55,211 bases of DNA from Acutalibacteraceae bacterium (GCA_045593385.1 JAZNWP010000048.1:1-55211); one strand, 5' to 3'. Numbered from the stretch's first letter, positions 21,913 through 33,156 are shown. Notes: generated by a model not told the origin, from the sequence alone. Made by a program: numbers and translations.

Positions 21913-22413
21913 TCAAAAATATTTTTTTAAGTCAAGTATTCTTTGATTGCGGGAGCCACGCATAGAAAGTGTAATGTCTCGCTCAGCCTCTATATAAGGC
22001 CCGTCTATTAGAACGTCTGCGCGCCGCAAACTCTCAATGATAAAAGGATTTTTACTATCTAATAGTTCTTCTATTGTATAACCAGTCCAAATATATATTT
22101 TAGTATCTGGAACATAATATTTAACCTACTCTATTACTGTAAAAGTGAGTAGAGCATTTTCTTCGCATAATGGTTCTCCGCCCATAATACATAAATCTCT
22201 TTTAATATTTTGGGCAGTAAGACCATTAATTATTTCATTTAATGTTTCATCGGTAAATTCCAGTCCGCCATCAAAGCTCCAGGTTTCTGGATTGTGGCAA
22301 CCGGGGCATCTGTGCGGACACCCCTAAGTGAAAAAAGACACACACAGACCGGGCGCCGCACTTATATCATTTAAAATTAATCCACTATACTTCAAAGATT
22401 TTACTCCTTTCAT
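21913..22413 (-). CDS. nrdG: anaerobic ribonucleotide reductase activating protein (radical SAM), 166 aa, 2 in-frame TAG
   Basis: Not in the ORF track. Frame is open from ATG 22413 to TGA 21913-21915. Motifs SFFT-TAG-GCPHRCPGCHNPETW (radical-SAM CxxxCxxC) and ...KIYIWTGY. Lies 30 nt downstream of nrdD. Confidence 0.75.
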
Positions 22414-22443
22414 ATTAGCGTAGTTAATTGTAGTAAACTGTAT

Positions 22444-24669
22444 TTAAGAAAATTCACTATGCTTGATACGATGTTCAACCTCTGACTATTTTCCTTTGTT
22501 AAAATGTCTATAATCAGTTGTTAAATAACCAGTTACTCTGCGCAATTGTTGGATATTTTCACTTCCGCATTCAGGACAAGTATCATTGAATTCACCCTAA
22601 AAACCGCAATCAAGGCAAGAATCAATGGGGAAATTAAATGCCAAATAAGGAATATCCAATTCTTTAAAAGCATAATCAATAATTTGTTCTATTGCTTTAG
22701 TATTTTTTACAAAAGTAGAATCTAATTCAACATAAGTAATACAACCACCAGTAGGATATTTACAGAAAGGAGCCTCAATAGCTAACTTTTCAAAGATACC
22801 TATTTTCTACCATACAGGAACATGATGGCTATTGGTTAAGAATTCTTTATCAGTGACATTTGGAATAGAACCATATTGCTTGCGCAAAGCCTTAACCGCA
22901 CTATGACATAAGCCTTCGGCAGGAGTCGCATAACAAGAGAAATTTAAATTATGTCTTTCAGATGCTTCTTTGGCATATTCATTAATTCTTTTTACAACCT
23001 TTAAAGCAAATTCACGAACTTCTGGATCTGTATGATTTTTACCAAACAATGCTTGACACATTTCTGCAATTCCGATGTACCCCATAGCAAGAGTACCATG
23101 TTTAAGTGCTTCATAATTAGACACTCTACATTTTTGAGAATCCATCATAGTTCCATTTTGATACATAAATGGAGCTGCTTCTGGAGGTTGATTAACCATA
23201 ATATCAAAACGTTCTAATAATCCTTGTTCACATAATTGAAGCAATTCTTCAAATGCAATCCAAAAGCCGTTTAAATCAGGTTCGGTACGCTTACCCAGGC
23301 AGATTCCATATTCGATTCCTAATTTTGGAAGTATCATAGTATTAGGAACTAGATTACCTCTACCAACTCTTTTATAAGATTTTGAATGACGATCATATCC
23401 AATCATTGTCCTGCAACCCATTGTGCTGAATAGGGTGTCGATATCTTCTGGGTTCTCATTTGCCTAAGAATAATCGCAATTAACAAAATTGGGATAAATG
23501 CGTTTACTTAAAGATTCTAATGCTAGTTGTTTTAAATCATAGTTTGGATCTTCTGGATTGGCATTACAACCTTGTTTATATTGGAAAATACTAATAGGAA
23601 ATATTGGTGTTAAATGATGTTTTCCAATACCGGACAGAGAAGATTCAAGCATTTTACGAGAAACGAATTTTCCTTCTGGTGAAGTATCTCTACCAAAGTT
23701 GATAGATGTAAAGGGAACCTGTGAACCAGCTCTTGATTCTAATGTATTTAAATTATGATACATAGCTTCTCCTGCTTGTGTACCCTCTCTTTCTAACTGT
23801 TTAATAGCATAGTTATATGCTTTACCAAATATTTGTTCATGAGTTGCTAATTTTTTATTATCAATACAAATTTCTCCAAATGTTTTTTCAAAATCTATCA
23901 TTAAATCTTTGGCAGTTTTTTCATTATATTCACAAACATCTGTTAAATAATTTTTAATATATTTTTTAAAACTTCTCTTTACAAATGGTGCGAGATCATA
24001 ATCCAAGTGAATTGTTCCAACTCCGCCAAATTGAACCTGAGATTGACATTGAAAAATAACTGCGGTCTGCTGACAAGCACTACTAAACGAAGAAGGTGGA
24101 CGAATATCTCCATTTCTGGTAGAAAATCCATCTGTAAATAATTTTTTAAAATCTACTTGAAGACAATTGTGTTGACCAATATTTGTTTTTTCTAAATCAT
24201 GTTGATACAATAACATATCTCTATGAGCACTACTAATTCTTGGTGATAAAGTATAGTCAAGAGCGATTGTTTTTTGAAGGTCAGCGGAAGCTTCTTTTTC
24301 TCTTCCAGAAAAACTTTTTTCATCAACATTTGCGTTTGAATTTTCAACAGCGATAGCTTCAGTTCTTCTCATTACATTTTTTAATAAATTGCTACGACGT
24401 ATTCTTTCTTTATTGCGCTGGTCTCTATATAAAATATAAGATTTAGCAACTTCTGGATATTCACTTTTCATAAGTTGTTCTTCAACTAAATCTTGTATCT
24501 ATTCAACTGTAAGGTCTTTGCCCAATTGACCAATAGAATCCGCAATTTCTTCTGCGGTTTCAGTTTCATACACTGCTCCATAAGAACTAATCATTGCTTT
24601 ACTAATTGCATTTACAATTTTATCTGGATTAAATAATACTCTAGTTCCATCTCTTTTTATTACATACAT
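22444..24669 (-). CDS. nrdD: anaerobic ribonucleoside-triphosphate reductase, 741 aa, 5 in-frame TAG; merges track ORFs 22807..23421 and 23464..24471
   Basis: SD ggagg 7 nt before ATG 24669. N-terminal ATP-cone (MYVIKRDGTRVLFNPDKIVNAISKA). C-terminal Zn ribbon CLDCGF-TAG-GEFNDTCPECG and glycyl-radical motif RVTGYL. All pieces are in one frame separated only by TAG. TAA 22444-22446. Confidence 0.8.
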
Positions 24670-24705
24670 AAATTAACCTCCTTAATAAAAATACTATATT
24701 TTGTA

Positions 24706-24727
24706 TGAAGGGAAATTTCCCCTTACC
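24706..24727. other. perfect palindrome GGGAAATTTCCC (plus flanks); possible bidirectional terminator or operator
   Basis: aagGGGAAATTTCCCCtt immediately downstream of the nrdD start region. The tandem taatcaat x2 at 24741-24758 follows. Confidence 0.3.
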
Positions 24728-24756
24728 ATATTTGGAGTTTATGATTAATCAATTAA

Positions 24757-25323
24757 TCAATTTTGTCCTTGGGCGAATTGAGTCTCAGCCTAGCTCACAA
24801 TCTTTTTAGGGGCAGCTACTAACATAATTGCACTATCATTTTTGAGTTCAAAATAGTCAAATTCTATATTTTCAAAATCTTCGAAATCTGTTATCGCACG
24901 GCGGACAATTTCTTTTACATTGGGATTTTCTTCTCTATTTAATTGGCGCAGTAGGCGCTCTTTATCGGAAGTCCGCACCCATACAACAAAAACATTACAA
25001 GTTTTTAATTTTAACAAAGTTCTGACCGCGTTAGGACTAAATACCCCAATATTAATTTTATTTTCATCAAGAGCTTTTAATTCTGTTCCATATTGCCAGT
25101 TATTAAAAATTTGATAATCAATCATTTCATTATTATAAATTTTCTCAAAGAATTCTTCATCAGAATAGTAAAAATAATTAACTCTATCTATTTCTTTTTC
25201 TCTTTTTGGTCTACTTGTTGAAGTAATTATTTTATGTAAATCTGGATACTGTATTAAAGTTTCCTTTAATACAGTATCTTTCCCGCTACCAGATTCACCC
25301 ATAAGAGCAATGATATTATACAT
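24757..25323 (-). CDS. guanylate-kinase-like / dNMP kinase-like P-loop protein, 188 aa, 1 in-frame TAG
   Basis: P-loop GESGSGKDT and TSTSRPKREKEIDRVNYFYYSDEEF (guanylate kinase TTRxxRxGE..G.dY.F fold). Track ORF ends at TAG 24790. Frame continues to TGA 24757-24759. Confidence 0.55.
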
Positions 25324-28300
25324 CTTCTTCTACTCCTCCTTGATAACGAGCATCTTGAAGAATTAATTCTCCATTCATTAAAATCTCATTAATCTTATAT
25401 AATTGATGACCACCAGTAGATACATATTTCTTTGAGATGAAATCATCTCCTGAGCGAATACCGGTTACAACAATCATATTACCTCTATTAAACCAAGACT
25501 TTTCCACTATCTTCTTTGTGCCATCTGGCTGCCGCACAGAAATTTGCTTATCAAATAATGTAAAGTATTCTTTTCTAAATTTTACATTTACAACACCAGA
25601 AGGAGTTAACACGCTCACTGTGCTTTTAGTTTTATTCTTTGCGATACAAGTTCCGCAAATACGATTCAATTTAAATATATGAACTTCTTTTCCACCTTTT
25701 GAGAATGAATAATCAATTACTGGATCTTCTGGAAGGCTATAAAAATCTACAAAACCATATCTATCATTGTTAATATGTGCTAATTCATGTTCATGATAAT
25801 AAAAACATAATGCTTCCATTTCCCAAGATGACAAAGTTCCAGTTGCATATTTATTCCAATCTTCCATAAAGATTTCTTTGTTTAATTCATTAAGGATTTT
25901 ATCTTTTTCAAGAGCAATCCATTTGCGGAATACATCCATGTGCTTTTGATATACATTATCCCAAGTTTTAGTTCCAATAAACCAAGCGAGATTATCTGTC
26001 TCCATTAAATCATCAAGACTAAGTTCTTGTAAGAAGCTAATTGCTCTTGTATCCAATGTATATTTATCTTTATAACTATATTTATCAGCTTTTGTAATTG
26101 CTTTTAAATATCTATTAAATTCATAAACTCTGCGAGCAAGAATCTGTTCTTCTGTTTCTTCTGGAAGTAAGTTATGTTTAATTAAACCACCCATATTTTG
26201 AAGAGTTATTCTATTCTTTTTATCACAAGTTTCCCAGATATACCAAGTCATAACAAACTTTCTATCTTCCATTTCATCAAAGGCTCCACCTTTGATTAAT
26301 GAAATCATTGCCTGTTTTCCAGGTTTTACTTTATTTAAAAAATCTCTCGGTGAACTATATGGTCTATTAGCGATGATAGCCGCAACAACATCGTCTCCAA
26401 CATTAAGCATACCTTTGAGTCCAAAAAGTATCTGATTATTTTCGACGTCAGGAACAAATCCATAACTTGATTTATTAATGTTTGCCAAGCTAACTTTAAT
26501 TCCAGCACTAGTGATGTCACCGATTGCTTTTGCTATTTTTGCATAATCAGTTGATCCTCCTGCTTCTTCATCTGTTGCTCCACTATTTACAATAAGACAA
26601 GCAGTATTCCAATAAATAGGATTAAAATTAATGACAAAATAAATGGATTGCATACCAACAAATGAATATGGTAATGAGTGATTTAATGAGAACGCATATC
26701 CAAGCTGTGGAGCAATTGCGTTTTCCCAAAAATAATTTGCGACTTTAACATCATCAAATTGTCCATATACTTTTTCACGAAGTTCCGGGATTTTACTCAT
26801 TTGTTTCTTACCTACAATTTTACGTGCGCCGTTCGCTTCACCGAGCGTAAAGCCAGCTACATCCATAAGCAATTCCATCATTTGTTCCTGAATTGCACAA
26901 CAACCCCAATATTGGTCGCAATGTTTGTGCATGAGCTTGATCATTTCTTCGGTTAATCCAGCCTCGCGCATTTCCTTATCAAATACACCTAATCCATTTT
27001 TCTGAATACGAGCATATCTATCTTGCTGAGATTCTTTATCTTTTTCAGACATAAGTCTCATCATCGCGTTTGCCGCAGTCATTTCCATCGGATTCTGCGG
27101 TTTAAGTTTTTTTGCTATTGCTAATCCGACTCCGGTGTTGAACTGAAATACATCAAGAACATCGCCGGCCGCAAGATGATCCCAAATTCTTTGATCTGTT
27201 GTATCCATTACTTCTGGATGAATATACTTATTATATAAATCTCTTAATCCCATTTTCTCAATAATTTTATCTTCTACAAGAAGTTCAAAACATTTGATAA
27301 TCTTGTCTGAAATTTCAGTTACGAGGAAGTCATACTTTGTATCTCCTGCTGCTTCTGCTTTATGAAGATCATAACAAGTAATCAAATCTCCACTTGGAGT
27401 TCTCATAAAAGCCGCAGTTTCAAATGGGTCTTCACCATATAAGATAACACCAGATGCGTGAGAAGAACGCTTATTAACAAGTCCTTCGATTGACATAATA
27501 ATATCCAATAAACCTGGATAATTATTTACTTCTCTAATAAATGCACTTACAGGTTTTCTATCTTTTTCTTCATTTCCATAAACAACATCATTAATACTCC
27601 ACAAGAAACCTCTCTCTTGGGGAACCAATGAACTCATATATTGTGCGAGGTCGACATCGATTCCATCTGGATAATCCTCGCTTCTATAACCGCGGCAAGC
27701 CGTGAGTATAGCTGATTTTGTTCCTTCTGTTCCAAAAGTAGCTACCTGAATGAGTCCTAACTCTCCACGCTCTTGTCTAATTCTACGGAAGATCTCCGGT
27801 CTTTTAGATGGAGCGAGGTCGATGTCGATATCGGGCAATTCGGCTCTTTCTTTATTAAGGAAACGCCAGTAAGGTAGATTCCATCTGACTGGGTCTAATT
27901 GGGTAATACCCAAGAGATAGTTTGATAGAAATCCTGTGGCTGAACCTCGACCTGGTCCAACAATGCTGCCACACTCCCAGAATAAGTCAATATAGTGTTT
28001 AAAGGTATTAAAGTATGCGAATAAGCAGTCATCAAGTTTTTCTCCTATATCTTTAATAATATCGGCTTCTATTTCTAAACGATCCCAATAATTTATTTTA
28101 TTATGCAAATCTTTGTCGTGTAAGCTTTTAGCGCACTCAAATAACCAATATCTCTCTTGAATATTACCTTCTTCATAAAGTTCTTTTAATACTGGCCATT
28201 TTCCTCCAGAGAAATCCCAATCTACGTGTTTAATATATTCATAAATATCCCAATCACTATATTCTGGTAATTCAATTTTGGGAATCATTTGTTTTCTTTC

Positions 28301-29206
28301 TAATGAATATTCTTTGAAATTATCTTTCAATAAATCTGAATTATATAAAATTTCTTGTGCAATAATTTCAGAATCGAAACACTTTTTTAATAATTCATAA
28401 ACTTCATCATATGTCATAAGATGAGCAAACTCATAGAAACTATCTACTTCTCGTTCTCCACCCTTTGAATTAAGATATGATTTATGAACAAATCTATCTT
28501 CCTTTGTAAGATAGTGTGCGTCAGTTCCAACAACCATTGGTATGTTGTAATATTGCGCTATTTTATATAACTTTCTATTTACTATACATTGGTCTTCTGC
28601 GGTGGACGGAGCGCACTCAATATAAAAATCTGAACCGAAAACATTGATACAATAATTGATAAACTCACAAATTTGATTATAATAAACTTGCATATTTACT
28701 AAATCATTGACATTTTCTGCTAATGACATATTGTATGCGGCCGCAGACAACTCTCCACCCATACATGCAGTGGTTGCTACAATGTGACCCTTATATTTAC
28801 TCATAATTTTAGCTAATTCATCTTTTGTAATCGGAACTCTTTCCATTCCTCTATCAGTATATGAATTATACCAAGCAATTGAACTTAATTCTCTTAATGC
28901 TTTATGACCTATTTCGTCTTTTGCAATTAAGATAAAGTGATTATATTTTATTCCAGACTCTCTTTTATCAACCAGATAAATCTCATTACCCAAAGCGATT
29001 ACAAAATCAGGATTTTTTTCTTTTAACTTTTTAGCATACTGATTTACTTCCATATGAGCACTAAGACATTCGTGGTCTGTGATAGCAATACCAGAAAGAC
29101 CTAATTCAACAGCTTTGTTAATTAGGTCTATCGGTCGGTTAATGCAATCAAGTAGTCGGATATTTGAATACATTGTATGCGAATGACAGTTAAAATATGT
29201 ATTCAA
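25316..29206 (-). CDS. dnaE: DNA polymerase III alpha (DnaE-type) replicative polymerase, 1296 aa, no TAG
   Basis: N-terminal PHP domain (FNCHSHTMYSNIRLLDC), palm motif GPGRGSATGFLSNYLLGITQLDP, OB-fold C-terminus. Apparent TTG start 29206 with SD aggagggtg 4 nt upstream. TAA stop. Confidence 0.85.
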   Translation of the reverse strand: MNTYFNCHSHTMYSNIRLLDCINRPIDLINKAVELGLSGIAITDHECLSAHMEVNQYAKKLKEKNPDFVIALGNEIYLVDKRESGIKYNHFILIAKDEIGHKALRELSSIAWYNSYTDRGMERVPITKDELAKIMSKYKGHIVATTACMGGELSAAAYNMSLAENVNDLVNMQVYYNQICEFINYCINVFGSDFYIECAPSTAEDQCIVNRKLYKIAQYYNIPMVVGTDAHYLTKEDRFVHKSYLNSKGGEREVDSFYEFAHLMTYDEVYELLKKCFDSEIIAQEILYNSDLLKDNFKEYSLERKQMIPKIELPEYSDWDIYEYIKHVDWDFSGGKWPVLKELYEEGNIQERYWLFECAKSLHDKDLHNKINYWDRLEIEADIIKDIGEKLDDCLFAYFNTFKHYIDLFWECGSIVGPGRGSATGFLSNYLLGITQLDPVRWNLPYWRFLNKERAELPDIDIDLAPSKRPEIFRRIRQERGELGLIQVATFGTEGTKSAILTACRGYRSEDYPDGIDVDLAQYMSSLVPQERGFLWSINDVVYGNEEKDRKPVSAFIREVNNYPGLLDIIMSIEGLVNKRSSHASGVILYGEDPFETAAFMRTPSGDLITCYDLHKAEAAGDTKYDFLVTEISDKIIKCFELLVEDKIIEKMGLRDLYNKYIHPEVMDTTDQRIWDHLAAGDVLDVFQFNTGVGLAIAKKLKPQNPMEMTAANAMMRLMSEKDKESQQDRYARIQKNGLGVFDKEMREAGLTEEMIKLMHKHCDQYWGCCAIQEQMMELLMDVAGFTLGEANGARKIVGKKQMSKIPELREKVYGQFDDVKVANYFWENAIAPQLGYAFSLNHSLPYSFVGMQSIYFVINFNPIYWNTACLIVNSGATDEEAGGSTDYAKIAKAIGDITSAGIKVSLANINKSSYGFVPDVENNQILFGLKGMLNVGDDVVAAIIANRPYSSPRDFLNKVKPGKQAMISLIKGGAFDEMEDRKFVMTWYIWETCDKKNRITLQNMGGLIKHNLLPEETEEQILARRVYEFNRYLKAITKADKYSYKDKYTLDTRAISFLQELSLDDLMETDNLAWFIGTKTWDNVYQKHMDVFRKWIALEKDKILNELNKEIFMEDWNKYATGTLSSWEMEALCFYYHEHELAHINNDRYGFVDFYSLPEDPVIDYSFSKGGKEVHIFKLNRICGTCIAKNKTKSTVSVLTPSGVVNVKFRKEYFTLFDKQISVRQPDGTKKIVEKSWFNRGNMIVVTGIRSGDDFISKKYVSTGGHQLYKINEILMNGELILQDARYQGGVEEDV

Positions 29207-29238
29207 TTTACACCCTCCTATTTTTATTCTTACATTAT

Positions 29239-29267
29239 ATTATATCAAATTTTTATATAAAAGTCAA
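29239..29267 (-). promoter_or_regulatory. sigma70-like promoter TTGACT-N17-TATAAT for the polymerase gene
   Basis: Reverse complement reads ttgact tttatataaaaatttga tataat. About 30 nt upstream of the SD. Confidence 0.5.
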
Positions 29268-29300
29268 ATTAATTCTATTATATTGTATATTGTCTCATAA

Positions 29301-30035
29301 TTATTCTCCCTTGTATCTAAATAATTTTTCTACTGCTTTAAAATTATTCTCTTTGTTTGTGGTTCTTGTAACTTCTTGTTCCCAAATAATTTCAAAATCA
29401 TCTGGAGCAGACTGTTCAGATACAAATACATAATTATCTTTACTTAATTCTCTTACCCAATTCCAAAAGTGGTCATAATCCATTTTTTCTTGATTAGCAT
29501 ATCCATAGAATTTTGTTCCTTGATATGGTGGATCAAGATAGATTACTGCACCAGATACCGGTTCAAGATCTTGATATCTTTGAGTTTTAAAAACAACTCC
29601 TTCAAGAGCTTTTGCTTGGGCTTCGAGATTGCGGCGAGCTTCGAGAAAGTAATTTCTAGCCTCGGTATTTTTTGCGTAACCGCGAGGAAAACCTCCATTT
29701 GAGTAGCTCGCAAAGAATTCCATAGCACCGATATCCGCAAGTGTCATGTCTTCTGGCATAATGCCATCTTTAACATAAGCCTTGCCCTTATCCCACAATT
29801 CTCTATTCCCTTCTGGAAGAACAAATTCCATACCCTTTTGAGCCGCTTGAAGAAGCGCGATGAGAGTATTACTTCTGTCATATCCTATTCTATTTTCACA
29901 TTTTATTTTATCTATAATATTCGCTCCACCAACAAAACACTCTATATAAGTATCTACATTGTTGTCGTCGATTGCTTTCTAAATTATAGGCACTATATAT
30001 TTAGCATACTTTGCTTTTGATCCCATATAAACCAT
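29301..30035 (-). CDS. dam: DNA adenine (N6) methyltransferase, Dam-like, 244 aa, 1 in-frame TAG
   Basis: Motif IV IYLDPPYQGT and motif I region FVGGANI. Track ORF 29301..29831 extended upstream through TAG 29978-29980 to ATG 30035 (SD ggag). Confidence 0.7.
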
Positions 30036-30048
30036 ATATAATCTCCTT

Positions 30049-31203
30049 TTAATCCTTTTTTACAATAACAAGTTTATCACTTGCTCTCGTCGCCGCGGTA
30101 TATAACCAACGAGCATGTTCTGTTTTATCAAACGGGAATTTTTCTTCTATTACAAGAACTTTATCCCATTCTGAACCTTGAGCCTTATGACAAGTAATTG
30201 CATATCCATATGTGAATTCTTTTGGAATTACATCACCTATTCTTGCTCTAAGTTTATTTAATTTATATTTATCTCTCCATTCAAGTTCACTCTCTCCGCC
30301 TTTCATAATGCGAGGATCCATGCTAATTATTCCAAAGTTTTCTTCGGCATCAGAAATAAATCCACCAGTAAGAGTATTAATGACTCCTTTATCATATGCA
30401 TACAAAGGGACATTAATTTTACCAGGAGTTGGATTTTGTAATGTTCCAATTGTACCATTTACCAAAGGATCGCCGTTTGTAAAATTAAACCAATCCCAAT
30501 AATTGCGGAGGCAGATAACTTTGTCTCCATTTTGCGGCTCGGGGCCAAATCCTTTTAGTTGGCGCATTTGGTCATTTACGCTATGTCTATTTAGATTTGT
30601 TGCAACCAAAATTTGATCTGCCCATTGGAGCATACCAGTGTTCAAATCATCCATAGTATAAATCTGAACTTGGTCATTTTTTTCGAGAGCTATTGGTTTT
30701 TGCTCACGGATGTCCATTGTAAGTCTAACAATTCCAGATTCAGTTGCTTGTCTCATAATTTCATCAAGGAAAATATGAGGATGATCTAATAAATGATTGT
30801 CTTCATCTTTATCTATTGGTGGTAGCTGAAATGGGTCTCCAAGACAAATTACATAAACATTATGACTAAATAATTTATCCATAATACTTTTTGGTGCCAT
30901 AGATACCTCATCAACTACAACTACCGTATAATCCAAAGATTTCTTGGGAATTCTTGTAAATCCTCCGCCAGGACGGGGAATACTATCATACAAAAGTCTG
31001 TGTAATGTCATGGCATTTTTATTACCTTTTTTAACCAAAACTTGAGCAGCTTTTCCTGTAAATGTAGCATAGCAAACTTTGCTCGCTTCTACGTCAAGAG
31101 CTTCGATAATAAACCGCACAAGAGTCGACTTGCCCGTTCCTGCATAGCCCGCTATTACGGTATATTTTTCGTGATCTCGATGTCGCTGAACCGCGATCCG
31201 CAA
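30049..31203 (-). CDS. Dda/RecD-like superfamily-1 DNA helicase, 384 aa, no TAG
   Basis: Walker A AGYAGTGKST, VVVVDEVSMAP, and C-terminal CHKAQGSEWDKVLV motifs typical of the RecD/Dda (AAA_30/UvrD_C_2) family. Confidence 0.75.
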   Translation of the reverse strand: MRIAVQRHRDHEKYTVIAGYAGTGKSTLVRFIIEALDVEASKVCYATFTGKAAQVLVKKGNKNAMTLHRLLYDSIPRPGGGFTRIPKKSLDYTVVVVDEVSMAPKSIMDKLFSHNVYVICLGDPFQLPPIDKDEDNHLLDHPHIFLDEIMRQATESGIVRLTMDIREQKPIALEKNDQVQIYTMDDLNTGMLQWADQILVATNLNRHSVNDQMRQLKGFGPEPQNGDKVICLRNYWDWFNFTNGDPLVNGTIGTLQNPTPGKINVPLYAYDKGVINTLTGGFISDAEENFGIISMDPRIMKGGESELEWRDKYKLNKLRARIGDVIPKEFTYGYAITCHKAQGSEWDKVLVIEEKFPFDKTEHARWLYTAATRASDKLVIVKKD

Positions 31204-31236
31204 ACCTTCCTCCTATTTTTTACTTAAAATCATATT

Positions 31237-32082
31237 TTATTCTCCCATCAAAATTTCTATTGTAATATCATTAATATCATTAATTCTTATTAATTTAATT
31301 CCTTTATCTAAACAATACTAATTTTTTAATTTATCTCTAAATTGAACCATTTCAATTGATTCCCAGCCTGTTTGTTGAAAATGCTAAATTCCATCAAACT
31401 CAATTAAATGAGATAAAGTCCCATCAGGATTAAAAATAGCAAAATCAAAGCGTAATTTGTTTTTATAAATCAGATCATTAAAAGTATATTCGCGTTCAAA
31501 TATAATATTATTTTCAGATAAAAGATTAGCAATCATTTCTTCTCCAATACTTTTAATACAACCGCAGGATTTAGTAGTTCCGTTTCGCAAAGATATTCCT
31601 CGAATAGATTTAATTGATCCGCATTTTAAACACTAACAATACCAATAAGAATCATTTTCATGGCCAAGATGTTTTTCGCTTAAATCTCGTTTAAGAACTT
31701 TTAAAAAACCATAAGTCTATCCAGACATATCAATTAATGTTGTTTTACGAATATGACAATTACTACAAAATTTTCTTTTTGAACGCAATACATTACTTCC
31801 TACATTTTCTATGTGTCCGCAATGAATACATTTACATTGATATAAAAGACAATTGTCTTTTGCTTTTTCTTTGCATTTATTTAATACTAAAAAATCTCCA
31901 AAGATATTTCCAATCATTTTATCTTTTTGACACTTACAAATAGGATTTTTTTTCAAACTATCAGAACGCATAGATTTTTCGTCTCCACAATATTCACATT
32001 TTATTTTCCAATAACGGGCTGCGGTATTCCTTGAATAATCTCGTTCTAAAACTTTATAACTTCCAAAAATAGAATTTATCAT
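31237..32082 (-). CDS. nuclease with three Zn-ribbon-like repeats and a C-terminal DUF559/Vsr-like PD-(D/E)xK endonuclease domain, 281 aa, 4 in-frame TAG; likely free-standing homing-type endonuclease
   Basis: Merges track ORFs 31717..32082 and 31384..31590 plus a downstream extension through TAG to TAA 31237-31239. C-terminus RFDFAIFNPDGTLSHLIEFDG-TAG-HF...KGIKLIRI matches the DUF559 core. N-terminus has repeated VL(E/K)RD...YW.C..CG...S.....SCGC modules. Confidence 0.5.
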
Positions 32083-32169
32083 TTAATCACTCCTTCTATT
32101 TTAGTTAAAAATTTATAATTAACAAATTTTTCATTTTGTCCTGTTTTTTTGTAAATTTAAATAAAAAAT

Positions 32170-32406
32170 TTAGTCGTGTTCTCCTATTGCTTCATCTAAT
32201 ATTTGAATAAAACGCATTAAATCTCTATTATGTCTATCTCTAATTCTCGTTTCTGCTTCAAACTGAGAAAGACCACGCTCACTTTTTAACATTGTTACTT
32301 CATGCATAAAAGCTTTTGATTGAGCGTCTTTATAGCGATATACAAGACTGTCAAACATATAGCCTTTTAAATGCTTATCATTTTTCTCGAACTTAAATTC
32401 ATTCAT
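32170..32406 (-). CDS. hypothetical protein, 78 aa
   Basis: Intact ORF. Promoter-like element immediately upstream. Confidence 0.4.
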   Translation of the reverse strand: MNEFKFEKNDKHLKGYMFDSLVYRYKDAQSKAFMHEVTMLKSERGLSQFEAETRIRDRHNRDLMRFIQILDEAIGEHD

Positions 32407-32441
32407 ACTAATTCACCTTTACTATATTTTCTCTCATTTAT

Positions 32442-32470
32442 ATTATACTTAATTTTTTAATAAAAATCAA
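32442..32470 (-). promoter_or_regulatory. sigma70-like promoter TTGATT-N17-TATAAT
   Basis: Reverse complement reads ttgatt tttattaaaaaattaag tataat upstream of gene 32170..32406. Confidence 0.4.
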
Positions 32471-32934
32471 TCTAAGAAAATATTATTCTCGCTTAAAATA
32501 GTAAATTCATAAGTTGGAACAATTCGGTCAAAAATTTCTAAATCAACTTTTGGTTTTCGGTTTTCGGCTCTTTCAACCAAGGCCGGCTGGAGCTGGGATA
32601 ATAATTCTCTATATTTAAGTAATTCATTAACTTCTGCTTCAAGTGTGGCAACTCTTTCTTCAAGGGTATCTATTGTAGAAGTTATACAATAAGCACTGTT
32701 CTCTAACATATCAATTTTATTTTTAGTTATACTAATTTCATTATTATATTCATTACCATCATATTGTAATTCAGTTATTGCATTATTTAATTGTGAAATT
32801 GCCTAAGTTGCTTCTTCTGTACTAATTCCAACACAACCCATAATTTCGCTTAAACTTTTTCCTATAACATATGGTTCGTAATCAAAAGAAACCAATCTAT
32901 TTCCATGTTTATCATAAGCATATACTGTTTCCAT
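32467..32934 (-). CDS. coiled-coil hypothetical protein, 155 aa, 1 in-frame TAG
   Basis: Track ORF 32467..32709 extended upstream through TAG 32803-32805 to ATG 32934 with SD aggaga. Confidence 0.45.
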
Positions 32935-32944
32935 ATTATTCTCC

Positions 32945-32996
32945 TATAAATAAAAATAAGGGGCCATATAGAAATATAAGTTTCTATATGGCCCTC
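32945..32996 (-). terminator. rho-independent terminator (minus strand)
   Basis: aggggccatatagaaa / tttctatatggccct 15-bp stem. On the minus strand it is followed by TTATTTTTATTT. Confidence 0.65.
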
Positions 32997-33156
32997 AATG
33001 TTATCCTACAAAGTAGGTATACGCCTTTTGGGCGTTTGTTTGTCTAATATTATAACTAAAAGAAGCACATCTTTCATAGCATTTCGCAAAACATAATGCT
33101 GCTTCAGACGGACTAGATAAATTTAAAAAATTTAAATAATTCATTGAACTACTATA

